The notes beneath the pieces were generated by a model. That model worked only from the letters and a program-made list of their open reading frames with translations. It searched no databases and had not been told where the DNA came from. DNA of 64,000 bases from Candidatus Xenobia bacterium (GTDB lineage: Bacteria; Vulcanimicrobiota; Xenobia; Xenobiales; QWHO01). The stretch lies in contig BTUM01000011.1 in the NCBI GenBank assembly GCA_045863235.1, positions 1 through 64,000 on the forward strand, in the 5' to 3' direction. This document shows, one piece after another, positions 49,051 through 59,373 of this stretch. Within the stretch, counting starts at the first letter, position 1; every line of letters starts with the position of its first letter. The position numbers and the translations under genes were made by a program.

Positions 49051-50495
49051 ATCGACCTCACGAAAATCACTCGGGGAAGCTCCGCCATCTTGCGCTTCTG
49101 CTCCGCGTCCGTCCAGGAAATCTTTTCAAGGCCGGATTCGTCGATCATCGCCCGGTTCTCCTCCGTAGCCAGCCACAGGTAGCCCACCAGCTCGGCCAGC
49201 CCGTGCTCGAGCGGGTGCTCCTGGATCAGCTCCCCGAGGCTGACCTGGGTCCGGCTGCCCAGGGCGGTCCGCACCCGGTCGGCGAGCTTGGCGCGATCGA
49301 CCACGATCTGGTCGAAGAGTCTGCGGGTATCCAGTTGCGCCTCGCCCGCCTCGAGCTGGTCCGAGGTCAACTTCACCTTCAGGGGCGGGGTGTACAGCGG
49401 TCGGTCCATGGGCAGCTCGATGTCCACCCTGGACTCGTCGAGGGTCATGAACTCCCCTTCGGGGGGACGCTCGCGGACTTTGAGCGCTTGGCCCTCGATG
49501 CTCTTGAGGATCTCCAGGATGCGCCTGTTCTCCATGAAGGCCTGGTCGTCAAGGAATCGACGCAGTTGCTGGGAGAGCGTCGCCACCATGCGCTGGGTGT
49601 GCTCTCCGGCCGTGAGCCAATCGTAGTGGACGCGGCGCAGGCGCGCGTCCGGCTTGAGCGAGGCGACGGCTGGCAGGGCCAGAACCTTCTCGAGCATCGA
49701 TCCGAGCTCTTCCTGCTTGCTCTGAGACATCAAGAAGTCCCAGAAAGCCTGAAAGCTGCGTCCCTGGTCCGAGTCCGTGATCGCGTCGCGCTCGCCCAGG
49801 ATCTCGTCGAGCAGAGCTCCCTTCGTCCCGTCCCAGAGGGCGATGCGCTCGCGCACGCTGCGGTCGAGCTTGCGGAAATTCTCCTCCACCTCGCGGAAGT
49901 CGCCCAGCAGCTGACGGGCCGTGGCCGAGAGCTGGAGAAAGCGGTCCTTGAGCCCAGTATCGTCCAGTAGGTCCAGGTCACCCTGGTGGAGACGGTCGAT
50001 TTCGAGCTGGAGCTCGGCCTGCTTGTTGCGCAGCTCCTGGACGCGGGCCTTGGGGTCGGTTTCTGTGCCCTCGATCATCTCGCGCAGCAGGGCAAAGACG
50101 AGCATGAGACGGGACTCCGTGCCCACGAAGTGGCGCTCGAGCAGTTGGGCGAGCCAGGCAATGGCTTTCTCGCTGGCCGGAGTCAGGTCGTAGGACGGCT
50201 CGTCCTGGCCGGGGGGGTAAAACTTGCGCAGCCAGCCTTTGTCGTCCTGGGCCCAATCGTCGAGGTAGGCCGTGGCGGAGCGCGGGAACTTGTCCTCACC
50301 GTGGACCTGACGCAGGTGGAAGAGCTCGTCCTCGAGCTTCTCCTTCAGCTCCGACAGTGGGAGACTGCGGACGTTGGGGACCAGGAAGACCCGGTGCAGA
50401 AAGCTTGTCACGAGTGGGGCAAGATCTGCCCGGAGAAAGTTCCAGGCCGGGTGGTGGAGTCGCATGGCCTCTAAGGTCTTGTAGTCGAGCTGCAC
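49038..50495 (-). CDS. jetA: Wadjet JetA (DUF3375)
   Basis: HPAW..LRA, FVGTESRL, DFREVEENFR, SDQGRSF.AFWDFL, GLAELVGY. Alternative start at 50540. Confidence 0.9.
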   Translation of the reverse strand: MQLDYKTLEAMRLHHPAWNFLRADLAPLVTSFLHRVFLVPNVRSLPLSELKEKLEDELFHLRQVHGEDKFPRSATAYLDDWAQDDKGWLRKFYPPGQDEPSYDLTPASEKAIAWLAQLLERHFVGTESRLMLVFALLREMIEGTETDPKARVQELRNKQAELQLEIDRLHQGDLDLLDDTGLKDRFLQLSATARQLLGDFREVEENFRKLDRSVRERIALWDGTKGALLDEILGERDAITDSDQGRSFQAFWDFLMSQSKQEELGSMLEKVLALPAVASLKPDARLRRVHYDWLTAGEHTQRMVATLSQQLRRFLDDQAFMENRRILEILKSIEGQALKVRERPPEGEFMTLDESRVDIELPMDRPLYTPPLKVKLTSDQLEAGEAQLDTRRLFDQIVVDRAKLADRVRTALGSRTQVSLGELIQEHPLEHGLAELVGYLWLATEENRAMIDESGLEKISWTDAEQKRKMAELPRVIFVRSMCSR

Positions 50496-50828
50496 AGATT
50501 TGCGGAATTGGCCCCGAGCGGCGGGTCTCCTGTCGAACATGGCTTTACTGTGTCATGGAAGGGTGACAGGTAGTGTCATTGCGCCAGGGATCAAGCTGAG
50601 CAACCAATTCGGGACAGCGAACAACTGGGCCGTGTGATTGACCCGCGAAATGTTGATCGCTGCAGTGCCTGCCGTCGTTGACACCGCGGAAGGCTACACT
50701 CGCAGCGCCATAACACGCGGCGTCTGGCGGGTCGAAAAGCACGGTCATTTGTTGAGGGTTATCAAGGAACCAGCAGGCCTCAATTTTCCCCTGCGCATTT
50801 CGCAGCGCGTCGGGAAGTTAAGACTCGT

Positions 50829-51785
50829 TCATTGGACGTTGATCAGAGTTTCGAGCCGCCGAAGCTCAGTTACCAAGTCGTCAAAAGTAGGCGGCACCTC
50901 ATAAAACATCACCTGCATTTGGGAGTAGTCCTCGCGCAAGCTTGCCAGCTGCGCTTCGCTCGGCACGAGCCTGAGGGTGCCCGGTCTAGCCAGGTCGTAG
51001 CGTGCCTTGCCTGATCGAAAGAGAAGATTCTTGTCTTGAGCCACAGTTTCAAGCATTCCGATGTCGGCAAGTGCCTGAGCTCCGAGTTCATGCCGAGCAA
51101 GCTTCACAAGATCGTAATAGTGACGGGACTTTCGGTGGCCGATGGCCTCGTTCGCCGAGTGGTAGCTGTGCAGGATGGTTGCCTTCTCCCAGAATGTCCG
51201 AACTGCCGACAGCACCCTGACTCTCGGGTGCGGGAAACGGATGTCTGGGAAATATTCTGCCAAGTCGACAAGAAGCTCCCTGAGTTCCGAAGGCTCCGTG
51301 GGGTTCCGTCCGCCAAGTTCGACACGGACAGTGTCCACCAAGTAGCCAGTAGGGGCGTCGAGCACCGTGGGATAGTAAATGATCACAATCTCGCCGGCCA
51401 GCTCAGCCCGTAGCTGGGAGATTTCCAGACCTTCAAAGAGGGGCAGGATTTCTTCACGAGCCACCCGGCGCAATTCTTGGTCCAGCGCCTCCAGAGCCTT
51501 CTCGCGCTTGGACTGTGAAGGATACTCCTCTCGGAATCCGAGGGCCTTCCGATCCACCGTAATGTCAATGTCTTCGGAGAAGCGGTCGATAACGCCGTAA
51601 GCCTTTGAGAGCGAAGTGCCACCCTTGAAGGTGAGCTCCGGCAAACCTCCGGCCGTGAAGAGCCGCTCAAGAACCCAACAGACCCAGAAGTCCTTCTCCA
51701 GAAGACGCGGCGAGCGCCCGGTAAGCTCCGAACCGCGAAGAAATACTGCTGAGCGCTCATCCTTGTTCAGATTAAGAAAATCCAC
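50829..51785 (-). CDS. abiEii: AbiEii-type nucleotidyltransferase toxin
   Basis: EKDFWV, FKGGTSLSK, RFSEDID, RTFWEK, SRHYYD. Confidence 0.9.
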   Translation of the reverse strand: MDFLNLNKDERSAVFLRGSELTGRSPRLLEKDFWVCWVLERLFTAGGLPELTFKGGTSLSKAYGVIDRFSEDIDITVDRKALGFREEYPSQSKREKALEALDQELRRVAREEILPLFEGLEISQLRAELAGEIVIIYYPTVLDAPTGYLVDTVRVELGGRNPTEPSELRELLVDLAEYFPDIRFPHPRVRVLSAVRTFWEKATILHSYHSANEAIGHRKSRHYYDLVKLARHELGAQALADIGMLETVAQDKNLLFRSGKARYDLARPGTLRLVPSEAQLASLREDYSQMQVMFYEVPPTFDDLVTELRRLETLINVQ

Positions 51786-51788
51786 GGA

Positions 51789-52397
51789 TTACTCCTGGCA
51801 GATCGCCCGTAATGATTGACCCATCCAGCTGGGCACGTGCGGCAAGAGGCGCAAGAGCTGATTCTTAATCACGAATGAGAGAGAACCCTGAAGCTTGCCG
51901 ATAACCTCCGGAGTAACGGCTTCGCGTCCGAGATAGTAAAGTGCGGAGATCACCAAGCCACCCTCCGTACCGGCTCCTACCAGCTTTGTCGAGGCTGCGT
52001 GTTTTAGCTCGACCTCCTGCTTGCCGACCCGAATGATGCGAGAAGGCCCGTCGGTCAGGTAAATCGTCCGGGCCGGGACCTGGGTTGTAAGTCCCAAGCG
52101 ATTTGCTGCCTCCGCTCCCGAAAGCTGAAGCTTCTCCTGCCGCGCACGAGCGACTGCTTTCGCGACTTGCACCGCCGATACGGGTAGCCGGCCGAGGAGG
52201 GGGCTCTCCTTCGGGCGCACGTACACCCCTCGGCCAACGCGTTCTATCACTCGGTCTTTCACGAGTCGCGAGAGAGCTTGATCTACCGATGCGCGATTGC
52301 CAAGAGAACTCATCTCCTTGGCAGTAAACGGCTCGCCACGTCTCCTATGACGGACCTTCTGTCGGACTGTCTCCATTAAAGTCATGGGTCCTTCCAC
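51789..52397 (-). CDS. abiEi: AbiEi-type antitoxin/regulator (DUF6088-like)
   Basis: VDQALSRLV...RVGRGVY, SGAEAANRLGLTTQVP, YLTDGPSR. Upstream of the toxin; start may be 52385. Confidence 0.88.
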   Translation of the reverse strand: MEGPMTLMETVRQKVRHRRRGEPFTAKEMSSLGNRASVDQALSRLVKDRVIERVGRGVYVRPKESPLLGRLPVSAVQVAKAVARARQEKLQLSGAEAANRLGLTTQVPARTIYLTDGPSRIIRVGKQEVELKHAASTKLVGAGTEGGLVISALYYLGREAVTPEVIGKLQGSLSFVIKNQLLRLLPHVPSWMGQSLRAICQE

Positions 52398-52423
52398 TCA
52401 GATATTATACCCTTAATTTCTGA
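52398..52423 (-). promoter_or_regulatory. AbiE promoter -10 box inside an inverted repeat (candidate operator)
   Basis: Minus-strand TATAAT at 52409-52404, flanked by TCAGATATT / AATTTCTGA (8/9 inverted match). Confidence 0.5.
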
Positions 52424-52520
52424 CACGAGCAAGCTGAAAAAAGCTTACATATAAGAGATAAGAAGCGATAGACATTAAGTTAAACCGGGGTTGATAGTGC
52501 AGCGTCCGTGAAATCCGTCC

Positions 52521-52721
52521 CTGCCACGAATTACCCTACCTTCGAAAGGGTACCTCGAACGTGTTCGCGAGCACTATCGGTTGTTCAAGGCGGGATGCGT
52601 TTCCGGTGCGACCAAGAACGGAGTCAACCGCGGGAGGAGCAGAAACGAAGTCTGTCCCTGTGGTAGCGGGAAGAAGCGTAAGCGTTGCTGTGGTGATCTG
52701 GCGCGACAGCGGGCATCCTGA
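52521..52721 (+). pseudogene. 5'-truncated remnant of a SEC-C motif protein
   Basis: Frame reads YLERVREHYRLFK...RNEVCPCGSGKKRKRCCG...stop. An in-frame TGA lies at 52509 with no ATG/GTG start. Confidence 0.6.
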
Positions 52722-52729
52722 AACTCTCT

Positions 52730-53087
52730 CCCGCCCGCGCCTTGGCGCATGGCCCGCTCCGGGGACACGTCCGTGACGTTGGGTCCGCTGAAGAGGCTCC
52801 ACGTGCTGCCCGCCATCGTGACAGCCGCGACCACCAGCACCGTGCGGCCCTGCCAGAGACAGGCCGATCTCCGGTCGCGCGTCGCGCCAGATTCTGCTCA
52901 GCAACGAAGGGAGGAACCGGCCCGCCGCCAGTGCCCCCGATCAGGAGCAGCGCGATGGAGTCCAGGGCAAGGTCTCGAGCGATCGTGTCAAGCCAAGCAT
53001 GTAGAGCACCCCGGCAGTGACGAAGCCCAGTGCCAGGTTCAGAGGGACGATGAGCGCATCTCTTCTCGGGTGCATCTGTTCCACCAT
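52730..53087 (-). pseudogene. Frameshifted small membrane protein
   Basis: Hydrophobic segments alternate between frames: LNLALGFVTAGVLYMLG, ALDSIALLLIG, GALAAGRFLPSLL, TVLVVAAVTMAG. Confidence 0.35.
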
Positions 53088-53141
53088 GGCGCACTCGGAT
53101 CGCGACGGGCAGTGGTCATCAGTCAACATGGACAGGCCCAC

Positions 53142-54422
53142 TCACGGAAGCGGCCCCAGGGCGCGCAGCTCCAGGCTCTCGGCCTGCTCCTCCGCGGTCA
53201 GCGGGGTGGGCTGCACGTTGGAGGCGATCCAGCTGCTGGCCCCACCCGTCAGCTCGTCGATCATCTCGATGGCACGCTTGCGGGCGGCGCTCTGGGCGTT
53301 GAAAGTCAGCCAGGGCATGCCGCGCTGGGCCGACAGAGTCTGCACGGTCTCGCCGGCCCGGTCGAGGATGCTCAACTGGACGGTCACATAGGTCTCCCAG
53401 GCATCCACGTCCAGCTTGACAGCGCAGTCCCAGGGCGCCTCGGGGTCGACCAGGCGCAGGTCGGCCTCGTCCATGCGTGCCTCCAGGCGCTGGGCCAGCT
53501 CCGAGTCGTCGAACGCAACTCCATCCCCGCTGGGGATGGGCAGGAAATCGTAGGAGGGACCGATCAGGTAGCCGTCGGCGTCGATCTCGGCCAGGCCCAC
53601 TCGAACCATCCGGGGAGTTGGCCGCAAGATGGCCTGGGTGCGTGTCTGGGGCTCGGCTCGCAGCTCGACTTCCAGCGGGAAGACTCCCGGGCCCGACGCC
53701 TCCAGGAGGTGCTGGCCGGCCCGGACCGGCAGGGTCAGCGGAGTTGTCCCCACGCTCTGGCCGTTGAGCACCAGGTCGAGCGGTGGGCCGGACGACTCGA
53801 AGCTCAGCTCGGCCGGGCTGTGGGTCAGCTGCAGCGAGCGCTCCAGGTGGTCGCCGGCCTTCAAGTTCAGCACCACTGATTCGCTGGCGCAATCGGGATG
53901 GACCAGGCTCAGCTGGCGACGACCGGGAGCCAGGCTGACCTGGCAGGGGGTGACTCCCAACTCGGTCTCGCCCTCCAGTACCCGGGCGCCGGGGGGGTCA
54001 GTGGCCAGGCTGGCGCCGGTCCAGACGGTGGTGCTGGAGATCAGGTTGGGCTCGTCCACCTGAATGCAGCGGAAAACGGTCTCGGCGGTGGCCAGAGGAT
54101 CCTTGTAAGAGCGCAGCAGGTTGCGCATGTCGAGGCGGTTGCCCTGGCGCCGGTAGTATCCCAGGGCGGGCAGATCGCGGCCGGTGAGCTGGAACTCGCG
54201 CTGGAAGCGTCGTCCTTCGGCGGTGGCCAGGTCCACGGTTTTGAGGCTGAACTGGTAGTCGGCCAGCTTGTTCTGGCGGATCAGCACGTAGACATAACGC
54301 TTGGCGCGCGATGCCAGCTCGGACTGACCGGGGTGGCGCGAGTCGAGGATCACCGCCACCCCGGGCTCGGCTGCGGCGGGGAGCAGGAGGAGCACGATCA
54401 GGATCATTGCGCTGAATCTCAT
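53142..54422 (-). CDS. Exported PEGA-domain protein
   Basis: Signal peptide, then two PEGA-like repeats (TDPPGARV...LGVTP; LNGQSVGTTPL). Confidence 0.8.
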   Translation of the reverse strand: MRFSAMILIVLLLLPAAAEPGVAVILDSRHPGQSELASRAKRYVYVLIRQNKLADYQFSLKTVDLATAEGRRFQREFQLTGRDLPALGYYRRQGNRLDMRNLLRSYKDPLATAETVFRCIQVDEPNLISSTTVWTGASLATDPPGARVLEGETELGVTPCQVSLAPGRRQLSLVHPDCASESVVLNLKAGDHLERSLQLTHSPAELSFESSGPPLDLVLNGQSVGTTPLTLPVRAGQHLLEASGPGVFPLEVELRAEPQTRTQAILRPTPRMVRVGLAEIDADGYLIGPSYDFLPIPSGDGVAFDDSELAQRLEARMDEADLRLVDPEAPWDCAVKLDVDAWETYVTVQLSILDRAGETVQTLSAQRGMPWLTFNAQSAARKRAIEMIDELTGGASSWIASNVQPTPLTAEEQAESLELRALGPLP

Positions 54423-54474
54423 GAGGACAGATCAGTGATCGGGGCCCCGATTCCTGCCAGGAAGGATCGCAGAC

Positions 54475-55239
54475 TTAATCAACGCTCCTGCAACCCCAGA
54501 GCAGGATCCGGTTGAACCCGTAGAATACCGGTCGCTCCGAGAACTGCGCCCCAAGCCTGAACCGACAGCGCTCCAGAAACGCTTCTTGCAGCCCGGGTTC
54601 GAGCCGTTCGAGGTAGGGCACCAGGGCGGTGCCGCGCACCCACTCCACCATTGCATCCGAGTCCGGGAGAAGGTGGGGGTACACCTTCTCCAGGGCGACC
54701 AGCTCGACTGCCCCGCTGGCATGGAGAATCTCGGCGTAGCGCCGCAGGGGCAGAACCGGCGAGAGGCGCGACCAGCCTTTCAGCGCGCTCACGAAAGGCT
54801 CCTCGGCAGCCGTCTCCAGAATGGCACGGTGGCTCGGATGATCGTGATTGGAGGGCATCTGCACGGCCAACTGCCCGCCTGGCGCAAGATGTCGCACGAG
54901 CCGAGGGAAGAGCCGCTCGTGGTCGTCCACCCACTGCAGGGCGGCGTGGGAGAAGATCAGGTCGTAGGAGCCAGCCAGCTCCTCCACCCGGCCCAAACGA
55001 AAGTTCAAGCCCGGACGCTGGAGAGGACGGGCTTTCTCCAGCATCTCGGGGGAGGAGTCCAGCCCTGTCAGCCTGGCCTCTGGCAAAGACTCAAAGAGGC
55101 GAGCGGTCAATTGCCCGGGTCCGCAGCCCAGGTCGATGGCCCGCATTCCCGGGGCGGGGCGCAGGAGACTGAGGAGGTCGGTGAAGGGGGCTTCTCGCTC
55201 GGCCTGAAAGCGGGCGTAACATTGCGGGTCCCAGGGCAT
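54475..55239 (-). CDS. tam: Trans-aconitate 2-methyltransferase-like SAM methyltransferase
   Basis: WDPQCY, IDLGCGPG, DSSPEML, AALQWV, LAVQMP. Confidence 0.85.
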   Translation of the reverse strand: MPWDPQCYARFQAEREAPFTDLLSLLRPAPGMRAIDLGCGPGQLTARLFESLPEARLTGLDSSPEMLEKARPLQRPGLNFRLGRVEELAGSYDLIFSHAALQWVDDHERLFPRLVRHLAPGGQLAVQMPSNHDHPSHRAILETAAEEPFVSALKGWSRLSPVLPLRRYAEILHASGAVELVALEKVYPHLLPDSDAMVEWVRGTALVPYLERLEPGLQEAFLERCRFRLGAQFSERPVFYGFNRILLWGCRSVD

Positions 55240-55319
55240 GCAGGCGCTTTCGCTCCCACCAGGATGGGCGACCTCCCCGAGGCGGGATTTCCTGTCTGAG
55301 CGGGCGAACCGCCCTGGCT

Positions 55320-57191
55320 ATGCGCAGAATCACTTCGGGCGATCGGTTTCGCTATTTCTTCGATAACACCATGGCGCGGGGCCCCGTGGCCATGATCGGC
55401 TGGCTGGGCCTGGTCTCGCTGGCGATGGTGATGGTGGCGGCGCTGGTGGTCACCGTGCTGGGCATCAACGATACCGGCTTCATCGAGGAGCTCTGGCAGG
55501 GCACCATGCACGCCATTGATGCCGGCACCCTGGCCGGCGACCAGGGTTGGCCTCTTCGCATCGTGATGGCCGCCGTGACCGTGGGCGGCATCTTCATCGT
55601 CAGCACCCTGATCGGTATCCTCTCGAGCGGCCTGGAGAGCAAGCTCGACGAGTTGCGCAAAGGGCGCTCGTTCGTCATCGAGGACGGCCACACCCTGATT
55701 TTGGGTTGGAACTCGAAGATCTTCACCATCATCAGCGAGCTGGCCGTGGCTCAGGAGAGCGAGAAGAGCCCTTGCGTCGTGGTCCTGGCCGACAAGGACA
55801 AGGTGGAGATGGAGGACGAGATCCGCGCCGAGGTGGGCAACCTGCGCCGCACGCGGGTCATCTGTCGCTCGGGAAATCCCAACAACCTGGTCGACCTGGA
55901 CATCGTCAACCCCTACCAGTCCAAGTCCATCATCGTGCTCTCGCCGGAGGAGGGCAACGCCGACTCGCAGACCATCAAGACCATCCTGGCCGTGACCAAC
56001 AATCCCGACCGGCGTCCCGAGCCCTACCACATCGTGGCCGAGATCAAGGACGAGCGCAACCTCGAGGTGGTGCGCATGGTGGGCAAGGACGAGGTGGAGC
56101 TCTTGCTCGCCGACGACCTGATCGCCCGGGTGATGGTGCAGACCTGCCGCCAGTCGGGCCTGTCGGTGGTCTACACCGAGCTGATGGACTTCGACGGGGC
56201 CGAGATCTACATGCGTGAAGAGCCCGGCATGGCGGGGAAGAAGTTTGGCGAAGCGCTCTTTGCCTACCCCGAGTGTACGGTTTTCGGGCTGCAGTTCGCC
56301 GATGGCCGGGTCAAGGTGAACCCGCCCATGGATACCGTGATCGCAACCGGCGACAGGCTCATCGCCATCGCCGAGGATGATAGCACCCTGCGCGTCGGCA
56401 CCGGCAACCCCAGCCTGGATATGAGCGCGGTGGTCGGCAAGTCGGAGACTGAAACCGCTCCCGAGCGCACCCTGTTGCTGGGCTGGAACGAGCGAGCCCG
56501 CATCCTGGTGCGCGAGCTCGACCAGTACGTCCAACCGGGCTCTTTCCTCAAGATCGTTTCTACCTACGATGTGGCCGAGGCGGTGGGTGAGCTGGCCCTC
56601 AAGAACACAAGCCTGGAGTACCTCCACGCCGACACCACCGACCGGCGCGTGCTCGATTCGCTGGATGTGGCCAGCTACGACCACATCCTGTTGCTCTGCT
56701 ACAAGGAGCACCTGGACCTGCAGGAGGCCGATGCCCAGACGCTGGTGACGCTGCTTCACCTTCGCAACATCTCCGAGCTGACCAACATCGACCTCTCTAT
56801 CGTGAGCGAGATGCTCGACGTGCGCAACCGTGAGCTGGCCGAGGTCACCAAGGCCGACGACTTCATCGTGTCTGACAAGATGATCAGCCTGCTGATGAGC
56901 CAGGTTTCCGAGAACAAGCACCTGATGCGAGTGTTCGAGGACCTCTTCAACTCGGAGGGCTCGGAGATCTACGTCAAGCCCGCTGGCGACTACCTCAAAC
57001 CGGGCAGCACGGTCACCTTCGCCACCCTGGTGGAGGCGGCGCGTCTGCGCGGTCAGGTGGCCATCGGCTACCGCAACGTGCGCGATCAGTTCAATGCTTC
57101 CAAAGCTTACGGAATCGTGGTCAATCCGCCCAAGTCGCAGAGCATCACTCTGGGAGCCGACGATCGGGTCATCGTCATCGCCGAGGAGTGA
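55320..57191 (+). CDS. CASTOR/POLLUX-related ion channel (TrkA/RCK domains)
   Basis: RYFFDNTM, IDAGTLAGD, LRKGRSFVIEDGH, QSGLSVVYTELMDFDGAEIY, NPPKS. Confidence 0.88.
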   Translation: MRRITSGDRFRYFFDNTMARGPVAMIGWLGLVSLAMVMVAALVVTVLGINDTGFIEELWQGTMHAIDAGTLAGDQGWPLRIVMAAVTVGGIFIVSTLIGILSSGLESKLDELRKGRSFVIEDGHTLILGWNSKIFTIISELAVAQESEKSPCVVVLADKDKVEMEDEIRAEVGNLRRTRVICRSGNPNNLVDLDIVNPYQSKSIIVLSPEEGNADSQTIKTILAVTNNPDRRPEPYHIVAEIKDERNLEVVRMVGKDEVELLLADDLIARVMVQTCRQSGLSVVYTELMDFDGAEIYMREEPGMAGKKFGEALFAYPECTVFGLQFADGRVKVNPPMDTVIATGDRLIAIAEDDSTLRVGTGNPSLDMSAVVGKSETETAPERTLLLGWNERARILVRELDQYVQPGSFLKIVSTYDVAEAVGELALKNTSLEYLHADTTDRRVLDSLDVASYDHILLLCYKEHLDLQEADAQTLVTLLHLRNISELTNIDLSIVSEMLDVRNRELAEVTKADDFIVSDKMISLLMSQVSENKHLMRVFEDLFNSEGSEIYVKPAGDYLKPGSTVTFATLVEAARLRGQVAIGYRNVRDQFNASKAYGIVVNPPKSQSITLGADDRVIVIAEE

Positions 57192-57760
57192 GCCGCCCGC
57201 TGGGCGAAAAGGCCCGGGCTGTGAGAATCCTCTTGTTGCTGGCCTTCGTGTTGCTGGCCGCGGGTTGCTCGGGAGCCGGCGGAGGTGGGGCGACCCCCCC
57301 TGCAACCCTGGCGCCGGTCGGCAGTTATCTCGAGTATTCGCTGGTGCGCACCGACCGCTTCGGAAAGAGTCAGCCCAGGAAACTGCGCTTGACATTTCTG
57401 GCTGGCAATGAGCTGGGGCTGGGGGAGGAGAAGAAGCCCATCGCCACCCTCGATGGTGAGCTGGCTCCGACCGATGGCCAGCCCCTGCGCGAGTCCAACC
57501 TGGGCTTGCTCTACCTGCCGCCCGCTCAGCGCAAGGCCAACTCTCAATGCAAAGCTGGCCTCGTCCAGTTCGAGAAGCGCTGGGAGCGCTGGAGCGTCTG
57601 GCTGGTGCAGGTGCGCGAGGGCGACCTGTCGGGGCAGCGCTACTATGAGTCTCGGACGGGGTTCCTGGTCGGCTTCGAGCTCAATCAGGACGATCCCAAT
57701 CGCAACAAGGGCGAATTCGTGAGGGGGATTCTGGAAAGCACCGACCTGCCAGGACTGTGA
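57188..57760 (+). CDS. Putative lipoprotein
   Basis: Hydrophobic stretch with lipobox LAAGC. Start may be 57221. Confidence 0.65.
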   Translation: MSRPLGEKARAVRILLLLAFVLLAAGCSGAGGGGATPPATLAPVGSYLEYSLVRTDRFGKSQPRKLRLTFLAGNELGLGEEKKPIATLDGELAPTDGQPLRESNLGLLYLPPAQRKANSQCKAGLVQFEKRWERWSVWLVQVREGDLSGQRYYESRTGFLVGFELNQDDPNRNKGEFVRGILESTDLPGL

Positions 57761-59373
57761 GCTCGCACATCGAGAATTTCGAGATCCTGGTGCGCCACGG
57801 CGCCATCCGAGGGGTCTATCAGATCGACGAGTTCTTGGACGCCTTTCGGGCCATGCAGCCGAGCCTCCACCGCTTCTGCGATGAGAGCGCCCTGGTGGAC
57901 GTGGATGCTCTGATTTACTGCACTGCGCGTCTTCCCGAGGGCATTCACGCCCTGCGTGAGTTCCTGGTGCAGGCTGACGTGCCCGACAAGCTTCCCACCA
58001 TGGCCGGGGTGCAGCGAGTCGAGACGCCGGCCCGGCGCCGCTCCACCTTCCTGATCGGCGATGACATCGTGATCGTGGTGGCTCGCGAGGGCGTGACCGA
58101 GCTGCTCGACCTGGTCACCTTGCTGACCTCTTATGCCATCGAGGCTCACAAGATCTGCGAGCTGCTCAAGGGCACTCCGCTGCTGACTGACATCCAGCGG
58201 TATCTCTCCGGTCCCTTCGATATCGCCGTGCAGAACCGTTTGACAGCGCGGCTGGCTTTCCAACTCGGCAGCACCGACGACGCCATGGTGCGTCTGGACG
58301 AGCACTGGAAAGGAGAGTTGTTGCGCCGGGTGCTCTATCTCACCGAGCACCCGCCCAGCCTGGTGGTGCGATTGCATCGAGACTACTCGATCGAGGCCTC
58401 GATCGAGCGGGCGCGGGCCTGGTCCGAGCACCTCTTCCAGGAGACGGCCGCCTCGGCCGAGCACGAGGTCCACATCCTCTCGAGCAATCTTCAGTCGTGC
58501 TTGAACCTGCTCTCGAGCTATCCGCGCAAGGAGGCGCAGGCCATCTGGGCCTGGGCGGCCGAGCACTCCAGCCATGCTGAGCTCTACGTCGGCGAGCCGA
58601 ACACCAACCTGGTTTATCTGGCCCTCCATGAGTGGCTGGCCGCCCATCCCGACAAGGCGGCCGAGCGCAGGGCCTGGGATGAGCAGCACGGCCTGCGCAA
58701 CCTGGAGGATACCTTTCACGTGGGGGTGGGGGCCCAGGCCTTCGACCTGGCCCGCATCGACTTCGAGGGGGTCGATCCGCGGCTCAAGCTCGATCGCCAG
58801 CGCATCACCAGCGAGCGCCCGCTGCTCCTCAACGTCGACTACGCCTTCGGCGAGCAGGCAGGCATCGTGGTGGAGCAGCTCTTCCGCCGCTTTAACGGGC
58901 GCGTGGCCAGCTTCTCCATCATGGGCAAGGCTGGCACGGTGGTGGGCGATCGGGGTGGCGTCATGCTGCCCAACTACCTTTTGCGCGAGGGCAGCCGGGA
59001 CGTCTACGACCTGCCCTTCGGGAACTTCCTGGGGCGGGAAGACTTCCACGATCTCGAACTGGGCGAGGTCTATGCCGATGGACCGATGCTGACCGTGCTC
59101 GGCACCATCCTGCAAAATGACGAGATGCTCAAGCGCTATCGCGACGAGTGGAAGATCCTGGGCCTGGAGATGGAGGGCATCCCCTACGTTCGCGCGATGC
59201 ACCAGTGCCGCAAGCTGGGTTACCTGCGCGAGAATCTGCGGGTAGGAGTGGGCTACTGGGCCTCGGACGCGCCCCTTCGGGTGGGGGAGACTCTCTCGCA
59301 CGAGTCCGCCCTGCAGGGGCTGACGGCCGTCTACGCGATCAACGTGGCGATTCTCAACAACCTGCTGGGCTAA
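57757..59373 (+). CDS. Conserved hypothetical protein with nucleoside-phosphorylase-like C-terminus (DUF6909-like)
   Basis: NVDYAFGEQA, SIMGKAG, TVLGTILQN, LGLEMEG, ASD.PL. GTGA-coupled to the upstream gene. Confidence 0.7.
   Translation: MSSHIENFEILVRHGAIRGVYQIDEFLDAFRAMQPSLHRFCDESALVDVDALIYCTARLPEGIHALREFLVQADVPDKLPTMAGVQRVETPARRRSTFLIGDDIVIVVAREGVTELLDLVTLLTSYAIEAHKICELLKGTPLLTDIQRYLSGPFDIAVQNRLTARLAFQLGSTDDAMVRLDEHWKGELLRRVLYLTEHPPSLVVRLHRDYSIEASIERARAWSEHLFQETAASAEHEVHILSSNLQSCLNLLSSYPRKEAQAIWAWAAEHSSHAELYVGEPNTNLVYLALHEWLAAHPDKAAERRAWDEQHGLRNLEDTFHVGVGAQAFDLARIDFEGVDPRLKLDRQRITSERPLLLNVDYAFGEQAGIVVEQLFRRFNGRVASFSIMGKAGTVVGDRGGVMLPNYLLREGSRDVYDLPFGNFLGREDFHDLELGEVYADGPMLTVLGTILQNDEMLKRYRDEWKILGLEMEGIPYVRAMHQCRKLGYLRENLRVGVGYWASDAPLRVGETLSHESALQGLTAVYAINVAILNNLLG

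Noticed and set aside
50545..50826. Small ORFs between jetA and abiEii
   Set aside because: No RBS or motif support on either strand.
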